Source: Antedon mediterranea (lineage: Eukaryota > Animalia > Echinodermata). Taken from it: a stretch of DNA of 64,000 bases. The DNA is taken from positions 26,895,175-26,959,174 of the forward strand of contig NC_092677.1 in the NCBI RefSeq assembly GCF_964355755.1, read 5' to 3'. The notes beneath the pieces were generated by a model that searched no databases, was not told the DNA's origin, and worked only from the letters and a program-made list of their open reading frames with translations. Below are positions 1-14,700 of this stretch, one piece after another (position 1 is the stretch's first letter; every line of letters begins with the position of its first letter). Both the position numbers and the translations under genes were made by a program.

Positions 1-2133
1 TCGGTAAAATAATAATTATTTCCTTCATTCATAAACAAACATAAATACAATTTCTTACAGTGTATACAAACAGTAAGGAGCCACAGATTTAAGAAATAAA
101 GCTAGTGCTGAAAATGCCAACAGAAAATATAATGCACCAGAAAATGCAATTTAAAAACAATAAACTGATATTTCAGTAAACATTAATATTTACAATTCTA
201 GGATGAGAGGAACGTTATTTCTCTCCTTACAGTCCAACCCCGAGCAGTGCAAAGGTAGGAGAGCCGTTATGACCCCTCTCCATCATCATATATTTGTGCA
301 TACTCATTTTAGAGCCTGTATCCCTGCCATCCAGCATAATCCCCACCAGCCCGGAGAGAAGATAGGTACCACTGTGAGATAGGCCTTATGCCTGTGCATT
401 GTATCATGATGAGTACAACTACTGTATCTCATCTGCCACGCCCCTACGATTATCTAGGTCATGGGACAACTAGAAATAGATACCTCCCTCCACACCTTAT
501 TTTAGCACATACAGCAGGGGATATCTCCCACACCACCTTCTTTTTTCACATATGCATATGCAGATGAGAATGATTTGTTTATTTAACCTAGTGTCGATGC
601 AAACCTTTGTGTGAGGACAAAAGCCATTTAATTAATTCTTTGTTCCTCATTCAGTGTGCTCAGATTATATGTCAGATTCTGCAATAAAAGTTACATAAAT
701 ATTATTATTTAACGGTCTTATTATTGCGTGTTTCTATTCCTAGCTTCTAAGTCAGAAGAGCATTGTTCTCATGTGTATACAATTACAGTCAAGATGGTGA
801 AACCATGCCTAGGCTGTCAACAAGTAGAATACTGTGCATTAATAGACCATAGTAGTAACACTGTTTTAGAGGAGCCATGGATGTCGTAGTGTATCATCAC
901 ATGACATCAACGACGATATTAGATTAATTACATAGCTTTTACTAAATTAGCTACGTGTGCTTTAATGATAACCAGAACGTGCTTACTAAACATTGTCGGT
1001 CAGACTTCTCAACACACCTCCTTTAATGCCATGGTTTTTTTATTTGAGTGTTTGTCTTTTTAATCTACCCAGACAAAATCAATAATGGTTAAATTGTTTG
1101 TTTTCATAGTAATTATGCATTCACATGAATTCAGTATATAAACTTTATTCTGACCATTACGGAATAATATTTGATTATAACCAAGTTTTTCTAACAGCTT
1201 TTGTATCTGATATTATAGTTCAGCAAATATGATATATACATTTAGATTTAAGTAAACATCTCCAGGCCCTAAACAGTCAACAATGCCGCTCTCAGCTGAA
1301 TGTGGTTTAAGTATATTTACTCAGAGGTTTAGTAATTCTATGACTTGCAATAGCTATCAAATAATAGATAACATCTATATAATAATGTAGAATTTTTTTT
1401 ACCTACAGTACTGTTTTATCTGACGTGCATTTGGCCTAAAGGTCATTGATATTATTTCTTTAATAGCAAGCAGGTACCGGTAGTATAAACTATAAGCAAG
1501 CAATTTTTATAATGTGTTCAATCGATTCTCTGTATTGTAGATCTATCATTTGACCAGTATCATAGGTGAATTCTATAATACAGTACCACATATGTATCAC
1601 ATGTTATAGTGTATCATAGGTCATAAGCCTACCTAAACCTTTTAAGCTTAATATAATGAAGGCACCACATGTGATACATATGTGACACTGTATTTCAGAA
1701 TTTGCCTATGATACTGTGTGGAGATACAGTACACTTGGGTGATACAGTATGTTTACAATGTCTTTTTAAATTTATGTTTTAAATGTCCTGGACTTCATAA
1801 TTATGTGTTATAATGATCTATTTTCTAGTTAACAATAATTAGTTTGTGCCGGATATTGACTATAATATATTCAAACACATAAACGTCACATATGCTGATA
1901 GTATACAAACTATATAAAGAGAGAATAAAATGAGTTTTTTTATGAGATGGTTATGATGAAAGTGCTTTTGTAGAATACAGTTGGCTTTAGGCAGAAGATA
2001 GTTAAATTATTACACATCAATTTTGTACATGTGATTTAAATGCAAGATATATTGTTATTTCGTATAATCGGACATGAACAAGATTTAACTTAGCAAACAT
2101 AGGTTTATTTCTTGGTGTTATTTAATGGAGTAA

Positions 2134-2195
2134 AGGCCCATTCACACGATTGACGATAAATATATAAGCGTTATCGTCCTAGTGTGAATGGGCCT
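2134..2195. mobile_element. Collapsed MITE family C copy (TIRs only)
   Basis: AGGCCCATTCACAC...GTGTGAATGGGCCT flanked by TAA/TAA. Confidence 0.75.
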
Positions 2196-3335
2196 TAAGA
2201 CTAGGAATTACTGAACTTAGATTGAATTGAAACTTTGAAAGCAATTTAGTTAGAATTGGAACAAAAACAAAACCTTTTTTTTTTAATTGCTGCCTGTTAA
2301 GGAAACTATAATTTTTTTATTATTATAAAAAATGTAAAGTTATATAACAAAAATAAATGGTGTATTGCGTCACAAATTGATTGCATACGTGCCGCGGCAT
2401 GGAATATCGCAAAGGTCATTAGTTATCCACTTATCGTTTCTTTAACACTACCTTAATGTTTCAACTGAAATGTTGTTCTATTTCCATACAGGTTTCTTGC
2501 ATTGACGTTGTAATTGTCGATAATGATGAATATTTATGAATAAATAGTATAGGATTACTTATATAAATGATGCCATTTTACAGTGTTGTTTATTATAATA
2601 ATAATAATAGTTCATTCTTATAAAGCGCATAAAAGCAAGCTCTCAATAAGCTGCACATTATTACCCCAGTCATTTTTTGGATCAAACACGTATGGAAACA
2701 TACTCCCATAATGCAGCTAGTAATCAGCGCAAAGTTGTGTCTTGATCTAACCAGGTTCACATTTATACACGCGAGTGGAGAGTGGTTGTTTATAGTGTTA
2801 CTTGCTTTTTGTTTGATTTTAAAGAGGGTGTCTAGATAGGAGAACTAGGGGTAGTAGGAAAATTATGAAAAGGATTAATCATGATTACTGTGATAATTTT
2901 ATTATTTGTTTTAAATTTCACATAAAACTCATATAGCATGGGTATACTATCGTATATTGGGCTATATTATCTAGGGCTTGGAGTAGAACCATGGACCTTG
3001 GAATGTTAAGGCACGCACATTAACCACCAAGCTACAGCGCCACTACTCCCATGTGCATTTATACTCTTCAATAAACAGATATTGTTTTTAATGTGTTGTT
3101 GTAATCAATATCAGTGTATGGTTTGGAATAATGATGAGTTTATAGTAAGTTACTGTTTTTGTAAATTGATTGTAGTAAAAAGTGATGTTGATGGCTGCTC
3201 CTCTTTCAGCAAGTCAAATTTGTTTATTGTTATCTTGCTATCACAAAAAAATTGTTTTAATTGTGTTACATGATTGATCACATTTTTTAGTTAATTCTTT
3301 TTTTTTTATTAAGTTGACTTTTTTTATTTACTTAA

Positions 3336-3623
3336 AGATATATTGTCCCCCTAAACATTTTAATGTCACATAACAGATTTTTACTTTGACCAAAAACTGG
3401 ATTAAAAAAAAAAAATATTTACCTTAATAAATGTAATTTATCTCAAAAAAAGTCTTAAAATTGTCTGTCAGACAATGGTTTTTGGTTAAAAAAAGTTTCT
3501 TTTGTCTTTTTATAAGCGAAATATATTTTTTACAGAAGTGATTAACTTTATTAAAACTGCAAAATGGCCTATTTAAAGTCTGATTTTATTAATCTTTGAA
3601 CATGTTTTGGGGACAAAACATCT
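3336..3623. mobile_element. Kolobok-like non-autonomous DNA transposon
   Basis: TTAA TSD on both sides, TIR AGATATATTGTCCCC...GGGGACAAAACATCT with 5'-RR terminus. Related copies at ~25505-25847, ~45905-46075, ~53415-53493. Confidence 0.75.
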
Positions 3624-4132
3624 TTAATTTACAACAAATCTAAATTTATCATTAATTAATTAAGTACTTCGAATTACCTCATTATGTTGTTCATTAATTC
3701 TCACTCATTTATGTTACTATCTTACAAAGTATCGAATAAAATATTTTTATTATCATTAATGAAATTACTAGCCTAATGTTTAACATCGTCGCTAATTTCC
3801 AGATAAGCTAATTACTAAGTATGAACTGACATAAGCAAAGCAGGTCAGCTGTCTCTTTTCTTGTAAACAAACTTGACATAAAGAATCAGGAAAACCTAGT
3901 AATAATCACAAAGATTATTAGTCTGTCAACTATTCATTAACTTTACTAATAATACGAAACACTGTTTAATTATAATGTTGATGTAAACCTTTGAAATCCC
4001 ATGGGCTTATTCTTGAGAAGTCTCAAAGACAGTTTTTTGCTCTATATCAAAATAAAGACATCTTAATCTTTACCAAATTCTCTAAATAAGCCCTTTTGCT
4101 TTGTCATAAGACAATCTCCTGCCAGTTTCTTA

Positions 4133-4280
4133 AGCTCTGTCTACACTATCAAACTTTATGTGACAAAAAATGTGATATCCCTATATGGACATGATGATGT
4201 CATATCACTACCTTTTTTGGACATATCACCACCATATTTAGGCACAGCACATTTTTTGTCAAACTAGTGTAGACAGAGCT
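4133..4280. mobile_element. MITE family A (PIF/Harbinger, Tourist-like), representative of ~30 copies
   Basis: TIR AGCTCTGTCTACACTATCAAACT...AGTTTGATAGTGTAGACAGAGCT, ~150 bp, 3-bp TTA/TAA TSD, internal 21-bp repeat. Other copies start near 6436, 8224, 9880, 14548, 15480, 16968, 17276, 17833, 20024, 20336, 25892, 26284, 29330, 29877, 31338, 35237, 37534, 38078, 38538, 39504, 41307, 42001, 45256, 47394, 49240, 52206, 52405, 52784, 54988. Confidence 0.9.
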
Positions 4281-4302
4281 TTAGCACTAACATTTTAAGC
4301 AG

Positions 4303-4445
4303 AGGAGCTGTAGCTTGGTGGTTAACATGCTTGCCTTCCAATCCCAAGGTCCCGGGTTCAATCCTGACCTAGATTGTAAATCACAACTATTTCAACTCCA
4401 CTCCGTAAGCCTCAAATGAGACTTAGTTTATAAGCATGATTTTGT
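4303..4445 (+). mobile_element. tRNA-derived SINE
   Basis: A-box TAGCTTGGTGG, B-box GGTTCAATCC, shared tail CTCCACTCC.TAAGCCTCAAATGAGACTTAGTTTATAAGCATGA. Copies at ~40485-40625 (+), ~44025-44140 (+), ~2975-3040 (-). Confidence 0.7.
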
Positions 4446-5232
4446 AAATAAAGTAATTTATACCTGTATATATTTATTTTTCTAATAATAATTATGACAT
4501 TTTGTCACGAAACTATCATTGAATCAATTATGTCAATTCTTACAGTGCAAGGTACCAGGACAACCATCTTGTGGTCATTATTAAAATTTATGTATTCTTG
4601 TAAATAAATATCTTTACAAATATCTGGGTTTTTTTGTTGTGAAAATTGTTTTTAGATTTTCTTTCTTTCTATGTCATCATAATACCTTATTTGAAATAAT
4701 CTGAGACATCTCAAAATATTATATTCTTGTGCGTGATGTGTCTCACCCATGGCATCTCATATGAAAATTCTTGTATGGACCATTGCTACTATACCATAAC
4801 ATGTGTAACATATTGTACCATAAACATGCCAAATTATCAAGACATAAATATATAAGCACATTTACAGATGCTGTTTGTGAACCATATCATAATTTGTCAC
4901 GATTTCTGGCCTGTCTACATGTTTCGGATTCTTCACCCCAACTCTGGATGACTGAATTTCTTGTAGTAAGTTGATAGATGGAGTGTTCTGCAATTAAAAT
5001 CGCTTTGCAGACTTGCGTCATCAGTTAACGCCTTGCTAAGTGGAAAAGGGGTTCGTTATAAAGGGTCGTCAGACACAATATAATTAACGCTAATTGGTGA
5101 GAATTGTTTGGGTAGATAACATACGGTAATTAAAAGTTTTGTCTGTTGAGGTTTCATCTTTTTTTTCTTGAAGAATATTTTAAAAACATTGTTATTATCA
5201 GAAATTAGATTATCATTTCTACTTTATGACTT

Positions 5233-5400
5233 TAGTTTACAGCCTCCTTTCCCAGTTTACCGGTTCCCATCCACTAAATCCTCAAGTTTACAGCCTCCCT
5301 CCCCAGTTAACCGGTTCCCATCCACTAAATCCTTAAGTTTACAGCCTCCTTCCCCAGTTTACAGGTCCCCAGTCTACCAGGTCGTTGTTTACAGGATCTC
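5233..5400. repeat. 51-bp tandem repeat (AGTTTACAGCCTCC...CCATCCACTAAATCC)
   Basis: About 2.5 copies plus degenerate sub-units. Confidence 0.75.
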
Positions 5401-5724
5401 CCAATCTACAGTGTTACCTAGTCTCCACCCACTCTCGAATTCCACAGCCTTATGATAGCTGATCAGTATGATACATTCCTCTAATCCCCTAATACATTTT
5501 TATATTTTAATAAGTAATTCTTCTTCTTCTCAATGTTATATAAATCAATAATTAAAATAAAAGTGTATAGCATGGTATAAACGTAGATCTTGAGTACACC
5601 AGCAGCGAAGTAAAGTGATACTAAGTATCCGTCAATGACGGCCATGTGTCTTGAGAAGAAGATGACTACAAGAAGAGTAAAAACAGTAAAATGTCTTATA
5701 CTTATCATTAATTATTTATTTCAG

Positions 5725-8700
5725 GTGTCCACAGGTTCATCAAGGACCCTGCAACACCGTGGGACCAAAAACTGAAAATGGCCCAGTTTGCTTGGCAATC
5801 TGAAAAATGTTTTATACCAAACAAACATCAAGTTTTATTAAACTGGGCTTGTACATCAATAATGCAAGCATCAAAGTAAGTCACTTGAGAAAATATTTAA
5901 TTCAAAATAATTTATGTACAAAAAAAATAATTGAATTCTACACTACAGAATGTGGGAATGAATTGCGCATAAAATTATGCTCTAGCCGTATTATTTGATC
6001 TAAAATTGGATGAGCTGCACATGATGAATATTATAGTGCATTTCGTTTATGGACTCAATCAATTGACAAATAAATTGTGCGTAATTCAGATAAGCCAAGA
6101 TCAAATTTGACGATACGTATCTTAGTATTGAGATTATTTACAGTAGATTCAATTGTAATGTAGAAATAGAAGCTATTTGTAGAAGTAATAAATTAAATAA
6201 ACTCAAATAGTTGAAGATTAAGAAGTCTTACTAGTAAATTAAAAATAGAAAGAATTATCAATGTCTTTTTATAATAATTATTGAAAACAAAAATAAAGTT
6301 TTAATCCAGTTTTGATAGATAATGATTATGTAAAATATTGTGTAACTGGTTATGTTTGATTTTGCATATAAATACTGTATATGCTCACATAAACCACGTT
6401 TGAAATCTTTTATAATCTATAGTATTTACTTAAGCAAACTAGTTTGAATGTGCCCAAATATGCTAGTGATATGCCCAAATATGGTAGTGATAAGACATCA
6501 TCGTGTCCATAAAGTTTGATAGTGTAGACAGAGCCTTAGTTGATTTTGCATATATACATACTGTACATGACCCAGTGTTATGGGAATGACAATTTCTGAA
6601 AATAAGAGAGTGGTATTGGATTTACTAGAGTCTTGTATCTGAGTTTAGCCTAATTTAAGCCCGGGTGGGATTATACTCGGTCATATACAGTATATATTGC
6701 TTTTGACTGTTATTCTAGAAATGATAGGTTGTTGGTTCGTTATATATAACTGATTATAATAATTTATACAATTATAGATTTTATTGGTTTACCCAATTAC
6801 ATTACAAATTTAATTTGTCCTCAGATTCGATATAAGTCAGAACAACGTTAATAAAGTATGGCAGTACTTGTCTGATATTCTTGGAAGTGTTCAGCTTCAG
6901 CAGCAAATACTGAATGGTGCCCTCTTCAGTTTGCGAGGCAATTTTAATGTAACCGTTATCGAGATGTTGGAGGGTAGTATAGATGATGGCACGCAGTTAG
7001 CCGTGGTTCTTAAATGTTGTTGGTGCATTTTAAATTATCCGACACTTGCTGTTAATCTGATTTCAAATTTTGAGAAACTGGTATGTAGCTAATGTTGTAC
7101 ATGAAGCTAGGTTTTTATAAGTAGGAGATGACCTACATCTATCATATTATTATTCCTTATATCTGCAATCACATTTTACATAAGACATAACAGTCTATGA
7201 CCAAGTATAATCCCATGCTCGAATATAATCCCACCCCTAATTCAGATAAAATTCTGACACAAAAAATGTTAGTAAATCCCGCCTTCTCATTTCTTTAGAA
7301 ATTTCATACACATGGCCCCTGGGACTATACTCGGGCAAGTGTAGTAAATTTTATGTGGGCCTATACCGCACGTCTCAGTAATTAAATTTTTAGATGTTCA
7401 AACATGATTTTGGTTTTTTTGCAGATGTCCATTGATAATTTATTTGGAATATTAAAATCCCACCTCCTAATTCCTCCCAAATTTGGTACACATGGCCCCT
7501 GGGACTATGCTCAGGACATATACAGTAATTTTGATTTCTTGATCGCCTTATACACATGTCAGTATTTTAATTTTTAGATATTCAAACATGGTTTTGATTT
7601 TGTTACAAATGTAATTATGTTGGGTTGACATCTTGTGATCATTAAGATAAAAATACTGAACATAATGAAATTCAATCTTTTATTGAATGTCACCTCTATA
7701 CACAATCTTCAACTGAACTACAATTTACAGCTTTCGTTACCAATCTAGTCACATTGAACCACGTTACCTGATATTTTCTGATTCACGTGTTTCGTAATTA
7801 AAAACATTCATTGCGGTTTATTTCAGTTGCAATTAACCGTCAAAGTGATGAAAATAAGCGCTGTTTACGTTGAAAAAAACGACGGATTACGAGAAGATTT
7901 GGAGAAAGTCTTACAGTCAATCCTGAAACATTACCAATCGACATTGCCAAAACAAACTTCTGCTAGAAAGGTGATTACAATTTATATATATCATGTATGA
8001 TACCACCAAATGAGGCATTTAATGAACAGACAAACTGCCTTAAAATACTGTGACATGTTTCGAGAAACTATTCTCATCACCAGAACTTTAAACATTTTAC
8101 CAGCAGATGCACCGTTGTAAACTTTGGTTAACAATAGAATATTGTTGTTCACACAAATAGCATCATTTAAAAAGCTCACATAAACAACTTTTGCAATCTG
8201 TTATTATCTACAGTATTTACTTAAGCTCTGTCTACACTATCAAACTAGCTTGAATGTGCCCAAATATGGTAGTGATATGCCCAAATATGGTAGAGTTTTG
8301 CAAAAAACCTTTCTACCATTCAAACACTCAAAACAACAAATTGTTCTTCTTTTCAGTTGCTTATTTTAACTCAAGAACAATTTCTGATACCAAGTATACA
8401 GTTGCTAGCGGCAACATCACCTGACCTCATTAATATACAGCAACATATTGAGGTCATCCTATCTTTATCAGTATTTAACAGGTACCAGTTTTATGTTTTT
8501 ACAAATTACGTTTTAAGATATTTACACATATACGTGCACTAAATGTTTAGGTTCGATAGTAAATAATAATTTGTGACTGCCATAAACATTGTTAAAATAA
8601 ACTATTATTGTGAGTTTTCAATCTGTGTTTATAGATGTGCGGCCAAACCCTTAATTCACTTAAATTTATTGTTCTGTTTATCATGTCATAAACCTTTAAT

Positions 8701-11700
8701 CTCATCTGCACTGCCTACATCTGCCTACCTGATAAATTCATTTATTTTATCAGGTACAAATGCTGCATTTTAGGGAGAAAAATGGTTAGTAATCTCCTAC
8801 CAAAGTTTTCTAATCAACAGTAATAATTACTGTACACAGAATACATTATCAGATAATATCCATTGGCTGCCAGCATTGTATACTTGTTTAGTATCTGCAG
8901 TATTAAAATCAAAGTAAACAATGAATAAAAACATTAGATTATTTTCTAAAATTTTTATAATAAATATCTTAATTTTTAGTGACAAAATACATCTTTAACA
9001 GTTTCAATAAAAAAAAAAATTACAATGTTGCAAAAAAATCTGTTTGAGCTATTACTGTATATGAAATTTAAGTAGAGTATTTGTTCCAACGACGTGTTCA
9101 CCTTTTACTTGGATTCAACGTCAGTTATCCCTTGTTTATGATATTTTGAAGAGTGCTTCATGCTGTAGGCAACACAGAAAATATGACAGGTATACAGGTG
9201 CAATGTCTCCTAAAAATGACTGAATGATCTTGAATTGGGAGTGGGGGTCAAAGAAGCAGTGGGGATACCATTGTATTCAAATAAAATAATATAATAAACA
9301 TGAATTATGATAAACTATAATATTTACTTTACTTTAAACACCAACATTTACATATTTTGTGAAATATAATTTATGTTAGAAAGGAAGAAAGTAAATCACA
9401 ATAGATAACAGTCACAATAGTATATTTATTTATTAAAAAAACATTGGCCAATGGCCCAACACAGACATAGGATATATTCATAATGGTACTCATTTTAATA
9501 TATAATGCTATGACATCTGGTAAACAATTCTAGCTCATTAATACATTCATGCTAAATATGTCTAAACATCTTATAAGGCTCAAGTTAATAAGTAAGACTA
9601 TAAAGATTGCACTTAGAAAACATCTAACTTTAAATATTCTAAACCTCTTGGGAATGGTGATAAGGTATAATGTTCAAAATCATTACGTTATTTTTGTAAT
9701 TTTTCATTTTTATATTCTTCTTTGGCAGGGAATTGCAAGCAGGCTATGTGGAGTATCTCAAATCTTTAGCTGATAAGCACATGAAGCCAACAGAGTTAAA
9801 ACTCATCATCTTTCAAATTCATCAATTCTTTGAGTTTTTGAAAAATACTGTTAACAAACAGGTATTGTTATTTCTCTTAAGCATGTCTACACTATCAAAC
9901 TTTATGTGATGTGCCCATATATGGACATGATGATGTCATATCACTACCATATTTGAGCATATCACTACCATATTTAGGCATATCACACATTTTTGTCGAA
10001 CTAATTTGATAGTGTAGACAGAGCTTTAGGGTTTCTTCATCTTAAAAAGTAACCATGAAGTTAACATTCTTGTTTTATATAAAATGATATAATACAGTAT
10101 CTTACAATACAGTGGAATTCATTTGGGACACATCTATTCAGTAAAACCACCACAAAACGAACAAACAGAAATATATGAACAAGACACCTATTACCCCTAT
10201 TCAGGGTACACTGTTATATATGTTAAGAGGATACTTTCTTGGGTCCTGAAGACCCTTATTAGGGCGTTCACTGTACTGATTACCCAAACAAGTTGTTTTT
10301 CATGATTTTGTTCTATCTGCTCCTTACCTGTCTAGGTCAAGATTATTCTACGTATTTTGACATGATTATTGAATGATTATAGAGGGCAGTATACTGTATA
10401 ATTGTAAATCCATTTTTCTCAGGGTGCTATATCAGAGTGTGTATGCAGTGCTTTTCCCAAGCTATTACAATGGTTCATTGTTTCATTCAAGTAAGTATTT
10501 ATCATTGTTACACATATAGTATTAGCAATATATTTTTTTAGTAATTGAATGAATTACTTATACCAGCTATGATTTTTGTGCAGATTGTGCTTAACTTTCC
10601 TAATGATTAAATATATTGATATAAAATTTGTGGTATATTTAGTTTTGAAAAGAACTGTTTGAGTTTTGATCAATATACTTTGATCATCCTCACGAGTGAG
10701 AATGTGTGACGACGATCAAAGTATATTGATTGAAACATCAAGAAACTCAACAGTTCCTTTCAGAACTAATATGGCCGAGCGGTCATATGGCCGAGCGGTT
10801 AAGGCAGGGGCGCCGTTTACCGTATCTAAAGAGCCAACAACAACATCGGCAAGGGTTCGAGGCCGACTCGCTCCTAGTTCTGGTGGTGGAACAAGTCTTC
10901 TCGGATAAGGACTATAAACCGTAGGTCCAGTGTACACAGTTATAACCTGTGTGTACTTTAAAGAACCCAGTTCATTATTCGAAAAAGAGTAGGGGGTTAC
11001 CCCGGTGAACTGGTTCACACAATAGCCCCTGTTCTACTTCTGTCTATTTACCTTTTAGTATGTTTTATATGCAGGCCGTCCAATGATGTAGCATTTACTT
11101 TCTTCTGTAAGTTGTGCAATATTTTGAACTTGTGTGAAGATCCGATCAAATCACTGCCTACAAATGAGAATTCCATGGCAACGGAGGATACAAATAGCAC
11201 CAATAAGGAAGATAAGCTGTCTGAGAAAGATAAAATGACAAATTGGAGTTTGATATTGCCGTGCATTGAACAGATGTTGGGAACGGTGTATAAACGTAAT
11301 ATATATCATGTAAGTGAGGCTGTACAGGTATTTATAAAATAGACTTAACCCAATGTAAAGAATTTGCAAGGAATTTAGACGCATACTATACATTCATTAT
11401 AATGATGTTTTTATTACTTGTGTGTAGGTGGCCAGCGATGAGGCTAGTGGTAAACCTGTATATGATTGGCTTAATCAGCTTCTTCAAAAACTTTTGAATC
11501 AAAATTTAGAGTAAGTGTTTAGAAATTATAATTAATTTTATTATAAACTAAATATATTTTCTATCACAAAATAATATTTTTTGTATTTTAAAATTGTTCT
11601 TATACATTTTGTGAGTTCATCAATATGAGATAATTTCGATCCCTGAAACAGACTTTCAGAATAAATGTTACTTAATATTAATCTATGCTTTTTCTGCACA

Positions 11701-14700
11701 GATTGTCACCATTCTGGTATAGATGTCTCCACCACATGGTAGAACTCAACCACCTCCTGGTGGAACCACATCTCAAAGACATCTTAACATTAAGCTTACT
11801 AAATGCATCAGATGACCCAGCAAAGGCTAAATTCTTTGACCATGTTCTGCAAGTGTACTTCAAGCTCCGCCAGTTTGATAGATTCATCGCCGTTCTTTTG
11901 GAGAGTATCCGTGAATCTGAAGATTCCAACTGTGATTGGCAGAGCTTTCTTCAAAAGTATGTATCTTTTATAAAATATTTGTTTACATTTTTTTTTCTCT
12001 TTTTTTTTATTCAATATTTCACTCATAGGATCGTCACAAGTCACAGCCTTAGTCTCTAGCAGCCTCTGAAACATATAACAAATGTGAGCTTAGCAATTGA
12101 AGGTGAAATATATAACAACAACAAAATATAAATCTTTTAGTATCAGTTAAATATTTCTGTATTTGTTTTCAGTTTTCCGACATATGTACATAAACTCACT
12201 CCAGGGTTAAGTCTTGACGTCTGGAAACTATTACTCAATGAGATCTCGAACCAGTACGTTTCGAAATTGGTTGGGAAAGAGAAACCACAAGTAAAGAAAA
12301 GGAAATCTTGGGCACACTCAATTCCTGTGAAGAATTTCCGAGCAGTTGCATCACTCTTGAAAACGTTGCTGCTAGAGTTACCTCTTGTTAGTCTGTGTGG
12401 AACAGCTCCTAACCTTAAGAGACTAAAAGAGGTGATGAATAGCATGAAGGATGATGTACTGGTTCCACTGCTAAGAAGTGAAATTGTCGGACAGGTAAGT
12501 CTGTGAATAAGTGTTATAAAACCACTCCATCTTGGACTATATACTCGCGTCATACAGTACTGTAGATGTTTTTAATGAATAAATATAGAATGAATCATGT
12601 TTTGTGTGTTTTTTATAGAAGAAAGAAATTACACATGGTACATACATGATGTGTTATGCATGGGGTGAGGCTGTATTATTGCTCACACAGTACACGTCTT
12701 TTGTTTGTGATCAAACTCTAAGCCTACCAGCCACCTTCAATCAAGGGGATTTTAGTTACATTCATAGCTACATAACATCAAAAGAATGGACAACCAGCAC
12801 CTCAAAGTGGATTGCAGAGAAAGATCAAGAGATAGAGTCTGTAATGGTGAGAAAAAATGTATTAAGACCACTCCAACTAAACACTGCTCCAAGACCACTC
12901 CAATTAAACATGGCTCTGTTTATGATCAAACATCATGGTAACAGTATTTTTTTATTTTCAATTTCAGATTCTTTTGGACTTTCAACTAATGTGTGGTTTG
13001 TTGTTGCATGAAGATATAGAAGACCATAACATTAGATCTGCTGTCGAGCAAAAAGTTACATCAATTTCGTCTTACAGTTCGACATTGATTGCAACACCTA
13101 CCACCACCAATGTACGATATTGTATTCTTTCTTATTTGTTCTTCTAAAATGAATAATTCATAATCTTGATTCTTACTTTGTCTCAACAAATCCAGATTAC
13201 AAATAAATTTATAAAATATGTAAATTATTTATTTTTTACCAAAAATTTGTATGATTTTCATTCACAAAAAGAGTTTTTTATGTTTTAATCCAATAGGTAG
13301 CTAAAAGGAACTCTGAATCATTTTCTGAAAATTATTTGAAAATGTTGACGTGTCAGTTTCCAATCATGCTGCGATTCCTTAGCAAGAGCCAGCTTACACT
13401 GATAGCTAGGCTTCTTATCCAGACTCTGAATACTGATAATACCACCACGAAGGCTGTTGACATTGTTAAGCTGTTTCTGAAAAGTACAGTCTTCCTGGAG
13501 TCTAGAGAATTTCAGGCTGCATTTGTTTTAGTATTATTAGAAGACATTTTGAGTGCTATCAAAAAGTGAGTGTGCATTGCAGTTGTTTTGTTCACCCACG
13601 TACAGGGTTCCCTTCTTAATTATTTGTGTTTTGCTATGTTTGACTTCTATCAATATTTTCCTCATTTGTTTTATTTTTTATTCTGGTTACATCATTAATG
13701 CCACTGTTAAAAAAAATGTGATAAATAAAACTAATTTTTAATGATGTTTAAAAGTTGTTTTTTTTTTCAAATTCTCTAAAAACAAATTATCGGATTAAGT
13801 TATATTCCTGTCTTAGCTTGACATGGGCAGATTCAAGGGTGGGCAGGGGGGGGGGCAGCTGGACAGATCTGTAGGACACTAATTTCAGTTGGGCACCTAA
13901 AATTTGCCATTTTTAGGCAACGGTCCTCCTATTTCAAAATCCTGGATCCTGCTTGACTAATGTTTTAGTGGTACTATAGCATGTAAATCCCCTATATGTT
14001 TCTTATCTTATAATGTTTGCAAATGATATACACTCTCTTACATCTAAAGACATACTTGACTACAGACAAATATATATTACTATCTCACATATTATCATAC
14101 TGTTCATGGGAATGATGGATGCTTTATCTTATCTAAGGTGCCTGACGTTATCTCCAAAGGATGTAGCTAAAATGACGCAAGTTCTTCACATTCTTGAAGA
14201 TGACTTTTGTGATAAAGTTCATGGGCTTAGGTATTTTTTATAATTATACTAATACATTCAAATAATTTAATCTGGTTTCTGTCTATTGGGGTCGTAGCCA
14301 GCATGAGGCAGAATTTCAAATGTTCACCATCCACCACAATTCCCCAGCATAGATTGTCATATTTTATATTAATTATTATATTTAAAACATCTTTGCCTCG
14401 TCTGTTTTTTACCTTTTGCTACAGCCTTATATATAAGTAGAAGTTTATTGTATTTAAGCCAAAACACAAGAACATTACAACATTTAATAACTATTATTAC
14501 AAATCAACATTCATCGATTACAATAGCTTGCTTAATCTGTGTATCAAACTCTGTCTACACTATCAAACCAACAAAGTTTGATGTGCCACATATGGTAATG
14601 ATATGTTCAAATATGGTAGTGATATGACATCATCATGTCCATATATGGGCACATCACATTGTTTTGTCACATAAAGTTTGATAGTATAGACAGAGATTTA

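Noticed and set aside
4303-4375. Possible tRNA genes (also ~10786-10870, ~40485-40545)
   Set aside because: A and B boxes are present but there is no complete cloverleaf, and each is followed by a shared repeat body, so these are SINE heads.
5481-5708. 75-aa minus ORF with a signal-peptide-like N-terminus
   Set aside because: Hydrophobicity is explained by T-rich composition; no recognisable family or supported gene structure.
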